Shown here: piece by piece, positions 14,301 to 27,200 of the stretch
Position numbering within the stretch: position 1 is the stretch's first letter
Layout: the number at the start of each line of letters is the position of its first letter
Assembly: GCF_006345805.1 (NCBI RefSeq)
Contig: NC_043012.1
Coordinates: 56,234,001 to 56,298,000, forward strand
Direction: 5' to 3'
DNA from: Octopus sinensis
Lineage: Eukaryota
DNA length: 64,000 nt
The notes under the pieces: model-generated
What the model saw: the letters and a program-made list of their open reading frames with translations, nothing else
What the model was told of the DNA's origin: nothing
Database searches by the model: none
Translations under genes and position numbers: made by a program

Positions 14301-15714
14301 CAATATTGGAAATCACTTTCACCCCTTTGACTCCAACCTACCCAAAGCTTCACCTGATTTTTTAATACAAACTTCGAGTTTGAAAATCATCTAGATTAAA
14401 ATCTCTCATCAAGATTTCATGCTAATTTAAATTCCAAACACCAGCTTAACAATGGCAAAGTTATTTTACAAAATTCTTCATTTCTTTGAAAGGCAATGTA
14501 TTTCATTAGAAATATGGTAACAAAAGGGTTTATATTTCTGACTAAAGCATCTTGAAAATGTTTTGAGGATCAGTCTCCTAATACAAACATTTCCAATGGA
14601 GGAGCCTCTCAGTGATGGCTCAACCAGTTAGAAAAATGCTGCCTAATCTCCCTCAACTCCAATACCACCATATTAAAAAGGAAGGACACATTGGATAATA
14701 CTATTTTAACCCTTTAACATTCAGATTACTGTCAAATGTAATGCTTATTTATTAACATTGTTTTTAATTAATAATGTATTATCTTGTAGTTTTAAGATTT
14801 CAATTATGTGATTGTATATTTTTAGAATAACATTGTTGGGTAGGTGTGAAATCTGGTCAGTTTGAACACAAAACAATGGCAGAATTTGATTTTAGAATTT
14901 AATGAGTTGGGATGAATATTTTAAATGCTCTAACAATTCTGCCAGTTTGCTTGTTAACAAAAAATATCTTAAGGTGGCGAGCTGGCAGAAACATTAGCAC
15001 GCTGGGCGAAATGCTTAGCGGTATTTTATCTGCCGCTACGTTCTGAGTTCAAATTCCTCTGAGGTTGACTTTGCCTTTCATTCTTTCGGAGTCAATTAAA
15101 AAAGGATCATTTACACACAGGTGGGGGTCGATATAATTGACTTAATCCATTTGTCTATCTTTGTTTGTCCCCTCTGTGTGTAGCCCTTGTGGACAGTAAA
15201 GAAATTAAAAAAATAAAATCCTTTAATACTTCGTGCTACTGAAATTTTTTAGGTGATGAATTGGGATTATATAATGACTTACAGTCAGCTTATATCTTTC
15301 TATACCTGTATCTGATTACACTTTTGGTAAAAATTATATTTTTCTGACCACTTGTGTTGGTCAGAAAAATTCATACTTGTTATGAACTGAGTTTGAATAA
15401 GTTAACTCCCTCCCCTAGAAATATCAAGCCTTAAGTCAATGTAAAAAACAAAAAAAAACATTGATATTAACTTTCATGTAAATTCTCTTCTTTTCCGTAG
15501 CCTACTCTACCAGCACACACAATCCTACCAACACTACATGAAGCTGATATTTTTAGGTAAGTAAAAATTACCTTAACTTATTTCAGCCCAATGGGTTGAA
15601 GTTTGTATTCTCAAGTAACCTATAAGCATAGCTGTGTGGTTCTGAAGTTCTCTTCTAACCACATGGTTGCAAGTTCAATTCCAGTGTTCTATATCATGGG
15701 CAAGTGTTTTTACA

Positions 15715-15751
<37 letters not shown>

Positions 15752-18700
15752 ATATATATTAATTTCTATAATATCCAGGCAATTACTTTGCAAAAGGGTA
15801 ACATCTTTCAAATTAGAACTGAATATTAAATGTGGATACTACAGAAGCAACATCATCTCTCTTCAGGTAGAACTGTATTCCTCCTCGTGCTGTTTGAATA
15901 GTTTTCATTCAAACTGAAATTTTATGGTATATGTATCATCATCATAGAAAGCAGTATAGTGTCTCATTGGTGAAATTAAATAGAGCAGTGGACAAAAGGC
16001 CTTGTATTATTTTATAAAAAAAAGGAAGTTTTTAACACAGAGACAGGTGCACACATTGCACTCTGTCACAATGTAATACTCATATACTTGTGTTGTAGAT
16101 TAAAAACTCTGAAGTTTTCTAAATATCTTGGCATTTTCCATCTCACCTGAAAAACTCATAACATACCTGGACTGTCTGCAGCACACTTTTGTGTCATGGC
16201 ACAGTAGTTTGAAATGTCATCATCCTCATCATAATCATCATTTAACACCCACGTTCCATGCTGGCCTGGGTTGAACATTTTGACAAGATTTGATGGGGCC
16301 AAGGACTGCATTGTGCTCCAGTGTCTGTTTTGGCATGGTTTTTACTGCTGTACACCCTTCCTAATGCCAACCACTTTACAGCATGTACTGAGTGCATTTT
16401 TGTGCAGCCACCAGTAGCAAGGTTACCATGCAAATCCAATTTCCAGTACCCTTGAAAATAACTGTAAATCACTCCGGTGTATCTTCCTGTGCACTCTCAG
16501 ATAGTGATGGTGTGTGGCCTAGTGGCTGGGGTGGTCAGCTCATGATCATAAGGTTTTGGGTTCAATCCCTGGTCTAGCTGGTACATTGTGTCTTTGAGCA
16601 AGGCACTTCATAAGTACGAGCTAGGTACTGGTGATGCCCTCTTTCTTCACATCCTGGGTGATCCACATACCCCGGACACCAATTGAAGGTGGGTGCCGAA
16701 TGAAGTGGGGTGCGTCATCAAAAGCAAGAAAGATGAGACTTAAAACAATTGTTTTTTGGGGGTTTTTTTATTACATCTCATTTCACACATTCGGTTTTTC
16801 AATGTTTCAATCAGGGAAGCTGGTACATTAAACGGTTAGAATAAGGCAGTTTCGTAAAAGTAAACATTCAAAAAATATATTTTGAATTACAGGCCATACC
16901 GAACTGGCAGGTAAAATGAACCCTGGTAAAGTATTTATTCCTAAAACATTGTTTTAAAACATTAATTACTTGTAACAAAGAAGTACTATATTATATCGTG
17001 GATTTTGTAGGGGGTGCGGTTTACCTTAGCTATGCCACTGGTCAAGAGTGAAGAGGCTGAGAAGGTGTCTATTCTTGTTTGCAGTTATAATTAGCAAAAG
17101 CATGTTACATGCTTTCAAGCTGTACTTGCTCACGAATGACAGCTTGTTATACTCTCAGAGAGTAATTATAGTCAAGCTACTCTCAGAAGCTACTTAAATA
17201 TTATAGCCAAGCTATTCCCAGGAGCTGTTCTGATATCAAAGCCAAGCTACTTCCAGAATAAGATATACAGCTTTTAAGCAAGACTTAATGGTAATGAAAT
17301 AGTTAAACAAGACTAATGAAAATAAAAATACTTAACCCTATAACACCTTTTGTTAATAATTCTTGATGTTAAGGCGACAGGCTGGCAGAATCATTACCAT
17401 ACCAGACAAAATACTTAGTAGCATTTCATCCATCTCTATGTTCTGGGTTCAAATTCCACCAAGGTCGACTTTACTGTCATTCTTTCAGGGTCAATGAAAT
17501 AAGTACCAGTTTAAGACTGGGGTTGATGGAATCAACTTATCTCCTCTCACAAAATTGCTGGCCTTGTGGTGAATTTGAAATCAATAATTCTTGATGCTTC
17601 AAACATAAATTATTTTTTTTAAGAAAAGTACAAAAACTATATTTAAGTTTAGACAAGTGTAAGGATTCTTTGCATTTCAACAACATAATTGCATGTAAAT
17701 AATTGTAATTAAATATCTGGTGGTTGTAAATATTCTTTTCTTTCATGTTATCGACTTGCCTGTAATGTTTTTTATCCATATTTTAATTTAGGCATTGTGG
17801 GGTTAATATCATTAAATTATTTGTTTCTCTCCCCAAATATAAGAACTGTTTTTGAAGTGTTTCTTTTCTCTTGAATTTTCCAGTGCTTTCCAACCCATTT
17901 TAGCACATGTACAAATGTTATGGGAGCTTGTGATCATAGGAGAGGTATGGCATATTTCTTTTTACCTTTTCATTTATTTTATTTGTTTTCTTAGTCAGTC
18001 AGACATAAAGAAGGGGCAGTGTCCACGATATTTTCAGTCTCTCCTAGATTTGTGAAATCTATGCAGTTGATTGATGTTCATCCTCAACATTTGTGGATCA
18101 ATATTTGCAGGAAAAACTAGGCAGTGAGCTGGCAGAATCATTAGCACACCAGGCAAAATGCTTGGCAGCATTTCATCTGTCTTTGTGTTCTGAGTTCAAA
18201 TTTCACTGAGATCAACTTAGCCTTTCATCCTTTCAGGGTTGCTAAAATAAGTACCAGTTAAGAACTGGGATCAATGTAATTCACTTATCCTCGCCCCTGA
18301 AATTGCTGGCCTTCTGCCAAAATTTTAAACCAATATTTTCAGGAAAAGAAAGTACAGGGAAGGAAATTTAGTCCTGTGGAGGAAAGACCAAATGAAGTGT
18401 TTCATTTGAGATCTGGATGAAAGGCAAAATTGACCTTGGCAGAATTTGAACTTGGAGTGAATCTTTGATATGGAAAGACATGCCTGAGAGGATTCGGTCA
18501 TTTGCATAGTTGTCTCTGATGGGTCAGAAGTGAAGGACATGAGTTACCAGTTTGCATTGAATTGGTGAAGCTCTAACCACTCACATCTGACCTATGTCAA
18601 CATCATCATCATTTAACGTCCGCTTTCCATGCTAGCATGGGTTGGGCGAATTACTGAGAGCTGGCGAACCAGATGGCTGCACCAGGCTTCAATCTTGATC

Positions 18701-20292
18701 TAGCAGAGTTTCTACAGCTGGATGCCTTTCCTAATGCCAACCACTCCGAGAGTGTAGTGGGTGCTTTTATGTGCCACCGGCACGGGGCCAGTCAGGCGGT
18801 ACTGGCAACGACCTCGCTCGAATCTTTTACACATGCCACCGGCACAGGTGCCAGTAGGGCGATGCTGGTATGTGTCATTGAGAAATTGTCCAATGCACAC
18901 ACACACATACATACCTGATCTCTGTGTCATTGAGAAACTGTACCACACACACATACACACAGATTATTGATGGGTTTATAGATTCTTGTTATAATGAATG
19001 AATGTGCCGTTACTGTGTCTCTATTCCTTATTTTCATTCATATTTTTGTTGCTCTTCAGCCGATAGCAGTAATGGCAGCATCACCCACAGTCACATCCAA
19101 TACAGTACAAGCATTAGTCAAGTTAGTAATCTCTTTTGTTCTTGGATTATTCTTTTATTTTATTTTTTCATTTATTGTTTTTCCATTGTTGAATTTTCTT
19201 GTGATGATTATTCCATTGAAATTGAATGTCCCGTTTTATCATAAACACTGCCAAGTTGATTCTGTCTTTTCTAGTTTGATATCTCCTTTACGTTACTGTT
19301 TAGACTACCGACCATATTTCACAATTCATGACAGCGAATTCAAAGAATACACAACACGAACGCAGGCTCCGTAAGTAACCTATTGTTAGCATCAGTTTAT
19401 GAAACCAATTTGTTTCTTTTAGTGTGGTTAAGACGCTCATTTTGAAACCGCATGGTTTCAGGTTCAGTCTCACAGTGTGACACTTGGAGCAAGTGTCTTC
19501 CATTGTAGCTTCAGACCAACCCATGATTTGTGAGTGAATTCAGTTGGCAGAAACTGTATGGAAGCCCTGTGTTTGTGTGTGCATGCTGTTGTCCCTCCCC
19601 TCTGTTGTTTGACAACCTATGTTGGTATGTTTAGGTCCCTGTAACTTAGTGGTTCAGCAAATGTGAATGATAGAATTACTACCAACTTAAAAATAAGTAC
19701 TGGGATTGACTGATTTGACTAAACACTTCTAAGCAGTGCCCCAGCAAGACCATAATCTAATGAGTGAAACAAGTAAAAGATAAGAATAGAAGGTGTGGGA
19801 GTTGGGTGGATATTAGAAGATATGCTGTCAACACATTTGAAAATGTCTAGATACCAGTACCAGATTTATAGCATATAACTCACTTATGTATATTTGTACC
19901 TTCATTTGGTTTACATCCACTTTACCATGCTGGCTTAGATTGGTTAAAGACTTATTGAGGCTGTATTCTATGGCCACTGAGATCCTCTTCCTGTTGCCAG
20001 AACCACAGGATGTATTGTTTATATGGGATGTAAACACAGCATTACCATTTTGCTTCAGTGATGTCCTACAAAGACAGGTGGGATGTAAAAATTCATGCAC
20101 ACACACACACACTTACACAAACACACACATCATCATGGTTAGACAGTTTGACTGGAACTGGTAAGCCAGAGAACTGCACCAGGTTCCAGTCTGATTTTCG
20201 CTTGGTTTCTATGGCTGGACGCCCTTCCTAATGCCAACCATTCCAAGAATGTAGTGGGTGCCTTTTACATGCCATCATCACAGGTGCCTTTT

Positions 20293-20328
<36 letters not shown>

Positions 20329-21172
20329 GACGCCATGATAGATCGTTAGCCATTACACACATTTTTTTTCTCTTCTTGTTTTTTCTGTGTCCCTTTCTGT
20401 AGAAGAGCGTAGGCTCGAAACGTAAAAGACTTTTTCTATTCCTGAGTGTTATACTAATACATCTGTTTGTTTTCTACACCACCTGTCTTCGTCTTCTGTT
20501 TTTTTTCGTAAACTCTCCCTATATATATATATATATATATATGCATACACACACACGCACTTTTATGCTTTTACAGTCATTTTGACTGTGGCCATGCTAG
20601 AACACCGCCTTTTAATTGAAGAAATCAACCCCTGGACTTATTCTTTGTAAGCCTGGCACTTATTCTAATGGTCTCTTCTGCTGAACCGCTAAGTTACGGG
20701 GGTATAAATACTCCAAGTTCAGTTGTCAAGCAATGGAGGAGGGACAAACACAAACAGAAACACAAATATATACATATATGTATATTTCGGTTTCCGTTTA
20801 CCAAATCTACTCACAAGGCTTTGGTCAGCCCGAGGCTATAGTAGAAGACACGTGCCCAGGATGCCTCACTGTGGAACTGAACCCAGAACCATGTGGTTAT
20901 GAAGCAAGCTTCTTACCACACAGCCACGCCTGCACCTATTACATATATATATATATATATATATTTATTTTATAGAAGGAGCTTCTACAGGACTAGAACT
21001 GTTTCATTCAAATGAAATCATCAGGAAGCTTTGACACAAAGCTTCCTGGTGATTTCATTTGAATGAAACAGTTCTAGTCCTGTAGAAGCTCCTTCTATAA
21101 AATAAATTAATTTACTCTGCTATGTATTGAGTACCTTATTTACTGTGGTTAACCCCGACTCAACCCGGGACC

Positions 21173-21207
<35 letters not shown>

Positions 21208-24200
21208 TACTAGTTTCACTCACAAGACATTAGGCAATCTGAGACTATTACAGGAGACATTTGTTGGATAGAATCTAAGAAGCCGTGCAATGGGGTGTTT
21301 ATCATCATTTCAGTATCCACTTTATCATGCTTAAATGGCTCAGACGTTTATTGAAGCAGCTTTTCTACAACCCGATGCCTTTCCTGTCACAAATCCTCTC
21401 AATGCCAAATAAGGTAATATTTCCCTCTGGTCAGAAGATTGTTTTTCACAGAAGATTGGAAACAAAGGAAATTGCTTCTATGACTGACACTTGTTTACAA
21501 CTATTAAGCAATGTTGAGGCTTAGACACACACACACACACACACACATATGCTCACACATGTATACATATTTGGCCTGCTCACCTAGCCAGCAAGGTGAC
21601 ATCATTTGAAAGCTACAAGGCATGGAAGTGCCTTGCCACCAGTAATGTGTAACAACATCTGATAGTTCAATCAATGCAATGATACACACATACAGACACG
21701 TGTTTGTATGCATATATGTGTCTGTATATGTATGTATACAATGGGATTCTTTCAGCTTCCATCTACCAAATCCACTCATAAAGCTTTGGTCAGCTCAAGA
21801 CTATGTTAGAAGCCACTTAGCCAAGATGCCACACAGTGGGAATGAACCAGTAACTATATGGTTTGAGAGTGAACTTCTTAACCACACAGCCATGCACAAA
21901 ATATACATAGCAAACTTCAGAAGTAACAAACTGCCAGACCAAGTTATGAAAGTAACAGAAAGCATCATAGCACAACTATTTAGAATGAAAATTAACTTAG
22001 ATGACAGTTTGGGTTTAATGCCAAGATGATGTAGCTCCGATGCTCTCTTCCTAGTGAGACATGTAAGCAAGGCCTTAAAGAACATACCTAGCATTTTTAG
22101 AGCTGGAGAGGGCTGGTTATTAGAGGAATCAAATATGTGAGAGAGAAGACTTAGCTAATGGAGCCATGTGATGAATATGGAGGATAATAATTGGGTAATG
22201 CAATCCAAGTGGAAGAAATATTTGGAGAAGGATGACATGAGAGGTGAAAGCCGATAGCAAGTGGTGAAACACTGTACTGAAGAAAACCCATCCAATGTAA
22301 ACAAACATAGGAAAATAGATGAAATACATGCTTATTAAATATATGGATTAGATATAAGATGTACGTATGTATTTATATACACACACACACATACACGCAC
22401 ACACACACACATATATAAATGTTTTTATAAAACATAGATTTATATTTGTATAAATATTATATATATATGTAGGCATAGGAGTGGCTGTGTGGTAAGTAAC
22501 TTGCTTGCGAACCACATGGTTCCAAGTTCGGTCCCACTGCGTGGTACCTTGGACAAGTGTCTTCTACTATAGCCTCAGTCTGACCAAAGCCTTGTGAGTG
22601 GATTTGGTAGACGGAAACTGAAAGAAGCCCGTCGTATATATGTATATATATATGTGTGTGTGTCTGTGTTTGTTCCCCCAACATTGCTTGACAACTGATG
22701 CTGGTGTGTTTACATCCCTGTAACTAAGCAGTTCGGCAAAAGAGACCGATAGAATAAGTACTAGGCTTACAAAGAATAAGTTGATTTGTTCGACTAAAGG
22801 CGGTGCCTCGGCATGGCCACAGTCAAATGACTGAAATAAGTAAAAGAGTATATAAAGTTAATATGTATAAATAACTGTAAAATGTATATGTACACATAAT
22901 ATAAATTGTGTGTATGCATGTGTGTGAATATTTATGAATATAAAAACACTTCTGTTTGAGAGCAGCTGCTATGTCATCAAATCCATTCTTTCATTTCATG
23001 TTGGAATCCAGATTGATCTCAGTGCCTTTGAATTGAAGATAGACAAAACTCGGTTGGGTGTGAAGCCATGTTATGTACCTTAACCCTTTAGTGTTCAGAT
23101 TATTCTATCAAATATAATGCTTATTGATTAACATTGATTTGAATTAATCATGCATTATCTCATATCTTCAAGATCTTGATGGTGTAATTACTTAATGTAG
23201 AATAACATTGTAGGGTAGATGTGAGGGCCTGGATCTGGTCAGTTTGAACATAAAACAGATTAAATATTTTGGCCGGATATGGCCGGTTTAAGTACTAAAG
23301 TGTTAATTATATATAGTTATTCAATGACAAACACTCGGCTAACAGGAAGCAGTATTTATATATGTATGTGTGTGTATGTATGTATGTCTTTGTATGTGTA
23401 CAATCATTACTATTTCAATGAAAAGCTATACATACATACATGTATGTACATGCAAACTTCTTATATATAGATTTAAATGTAAACCCACATATTAACACAC
23501 ATTGAATTTGAATCCTTTTTCCAAGTATTATTTGAAATTTTTGAATTTTATTTCCAGACCTCCTGTCATATTAGGAGTAACAAATCCTTTCTTTGCCAAA
23601 ACCCTTCAACATTGGCCTCATATCATCAGAATTGGTGAGATGTGTGCAACAGGTATGTTCATATTTCCTCACCTATTTCCCTTTGCCTCTATCATCTGTT
23701 ACTAATTGAATTGAACCAACAAGAGAGCTTGTTAGAAATAGAAAGTAAATCTTGCTCTCTTTCTGCTAACTTAAAATAAAAAGCAAAGAGACATTGGATA
23801 ATTATTTACATTCGATGGATATTTGTCCTCATCTTGTTTGTTGTTAACACGTTTCGGCTGATACACCTTCCAGCCTTCTTCAGGTGTCTTGGGGAAATTT
23901 TGAACCTGGGTTCTCATTCCTAAGGTATTTTTCGATGTTGTTGTTGTTATTATTATTATTATTATTATTGTTGTTGTTGTTCAGGTCACTGCTTGGAATC
24001 AAACTTGGAATCTTGGGGTTAGTAGCCCGTAATCTTAACCACTACGCCATATGCTCGTGGGCATATGGCGAGTTCGATTCCAAGCAGTGACCTGAACACT
24101 AACAACAACAATAATAATAATGATAATAATAATAACATCAAAAAATACCTTAGGAATGAGAATCCAGGTTCGAAATTTCCCCAAGACACCTGAAGAAGGT

Positions 24201-27200
24201 TGGAGGGTATATCAGCCGAAACGCTGTGTTAACAACAAACAAGATGAGGACAAATATCTGTCGAATGTAAATAATGTGCATAATTCCTCATCTCTTAAAT
24301 ATAGAACATTGGATAATGTTTAGAAAAACTAATATGGAATGGTCACAGCTGGAAACTGGAACTCCTTTGATCATAAGTCTGCTCAGTCAGAGCTGAATTT
24401 GGGTTGAACAATAACAACTACCACTTGCTGGCTTAATACAATAATAATGAGTAGAGAGGTGGCCATGTGAATAAGGTATTAGATTTTTTGCTAAGTAAAA
24501 CTACTTCAAATCCATTGCTAGTGTTTCAGTGTCTCTCTGGGAACAACAGTATATTCTACAATGCTTCAACTATGATTTACTCATCAACTTCATACCATGA
24601 AATGAGAACTAAACCCTGGCTCTCAACAAATCCTTCTTGATGTAGGAGACACAAACATAATGGGTTCTCAGAATGTTTTTTTTTTTTTTAAATGAAACAT
24701 TATAAACAGCAATGAACTGTGATAAATTTTTAATTAATGCTCAATAATAAGCTATCTGTTGTTTTTCTATCCTCTAGAAAACCAAATTCAGGAACCAAAT
24801 TTTTGTAAGTTTTGTTAAGTTTTGTGTAAATTTAGAGTCACTTTTAGAACACTATAGATAACCATTTGTTAATGTATTTTTAAGCACTAAATATAATTAA
24901 CTTACGAATTAGCAACATCAACAATAAACTAGGATTGCAGAAACCAATGAGGGAAAACTCTACAAAGTTGCTTCCACATGCTAGAAATAGCAGCCCAATC
25001 ACCCTCAAATCATACGCTACAGCAATGATTCCCAACCATTTTTTTTTTTTACTTATGAACCCCTTTGATTCCTATTTCATTTGGGTGCACCCTCTTGACC
25101 ATATACTGTTTAAAAAAAAATTCTATTATATTGTTCATCATCATCATCATTTAATGTCTGTTTTCCACGCTAGCATGGGTTGGACGGTTCGACTGGGGTC
25201 TGGAAGGCATAGTGGCTGCACCAGGCTCTAGTCTGATTTGGCAGTGTTTCTACAGCTGGATGCCCTTCCTAACGCCAACCACTCCATGAGTGTAGTGAGT
25301 GCTTTTTACGTGCCACCGGCACGGGCCAGAGCTGGCTGGCAAATGGCCACGATCGGTTGGTGCTTTTATGTGTCACCGACACGGACGCCAGTCAGGCGGC
25401 ACTGGCATCTGCCACATTCGGACGGTGCTTTTTACGTGTCACTGGCACTGGTGTCTTAACTGCAACTTCCATTTGAATTTTTATTTTGATGTTGATGTAC
25501 TTGACTCAAGAACAGCGGGTCACTCTACGATCCAAGGTTAGCACAGCAGGCCGTCCTGCGAGCCATGAACTCACTTCATTTGTCGGGTCTTCAAAGTCAC
25601 AGCATATCTCCAGAGGTCTCAGCCTTTCGTCATAGCATCTGTGAGACTCAGAGTACGAAGGTCATGCTTGACCACCTCATCCCATGTCTTCCTGGGTCTA
25701 CCTCTACCCAGGATTCTTTCAACAGTTTGGGAGTGGCACTTCTTCACACATCTCTCTTCATCCATCCACAGTACATGACCATACCAATGCAATCGTCTCT
25801 CCTGCACGCTGCATCCTATGTTTCTTACGCCCAACATTTCTCTCAGGGCGCTTACACTCTGTCATGCATGGACACTTTTATAATTGAATATTGTTAGGAA
25901 TTGTATAAAAATATGTCAAAATATTTTGTGTATTATAGAAGTGTAACCAATTCATTGCACATAAATTTAAACAGTAAAATCTTATATAGACCCTGGTTGA
26001 AAACCACTGCTCTACAGCAAGGATACATTGAATGATGTAATCCTAGATACATTGTGTCTGAAAAAAATATGGCTTGGTCACAGCAAGAATTCCTTCAATC
26101 ATAGCCTTCGATTTGCTTGACCAGGATTCATTCAGACCTAAAACAACAACAACAACTATAATTAAAATATCAATCTCTGGTGTAACAATAACTTATCTTT
26201 CTTCTTTAACAACCAAGCTTGAGATTTCTTGTACTGAATGAACTACTGTATTAGATCTCACTTATGTCACCTGTTAAGTACCTTTTATGTCTGATGTGGC
26301 ACTTGTTATTTCAAGTGTGGCCACTCTTGTCTCACCTGTCAAATGTTTTAAGTCAGCTTGAACTAGTTAGGCACCTTTTATTGCCTATTCCGACATCTGT
26401 TACCATGGCTACATCAACTTCTTATCTCAGTTGTGACACCTGTTACCTCAATGATTTCATGATCTGTTACTTTAACTGTGACACTTCTTATCTACCTCAG
26501 CTGTGCAACTTGTGAAACACAATGGCTCTTAGTCATTTTGAATTTGTGCCACACTGGAGATCAAATAAAAAAAATTACTTGTGCACATCACATGGACAGT
26601 TTTTAAACAAAAAAAAACAACTATTCTAACTCTTTTGATACCAACCTGCTTGAAACCGCTTCTGGCTCTATAGTACAAATTTCTTGCTTTCAAAAGTTCT
26701 GAATTAAAATCTTCCACCAAACCTTAGTCACAATTTATGTTCCTAACACGAGCTCAATGATAACTAAGTTATTTTACTAAATTCTTTGTTATATTTTAAA
26801 TTAATTGAAAGAAACACAGACCATCTCAACAGAAATATGGTAACAAAAGGGTTAAATTTAAACACTTAGAAAATATATATATATATTATAGGCGTAGAAG
26901 TGGCTGTGTAGCAAGTAGCTTGCTTACAAACCACATGGTTCCAGGTTCAGTCCCACTGTGGGGCACCTTGGGCAAGTGTCTTCTACTATAGCCTCAGGCC
27001 GACCAAATCCTGAGTGGATTTGGTAGACGGAAACTGAAAGAAGCCCATCGTATATTGTGTATATATATGTATATGTGTGTGTATATGTTTGTGTGTCAGT
27101 GTTTGTCCCCCCAATATCACTTGACAACCGATGCTGGTTTGTTTACGTCCCCGTAACTTAGCGGTTCAGCAAAAGAGACCGATAGAATAAGTACTGGGCT

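Noticed and set aside
18994-19374. 126-aa ORF as a single-exon membrane protein
   Set aside because: It is two DENND6 exons plus flanking and intervening intron; retention is noted separately as a finding.
20963-21107. CRISPR array or bacterial terminator
   Set aside because: Eukaryotic context; a single palindrome, with no repeat-spacer series anywhere in the window.
23980-24070. tRNA gene
   Set aside because: Only a tRNA-like head with A/B boxes fused to repeat sequence, without a complete acceptor stem; treated as element-derived. The same applies to the other SINE heads.
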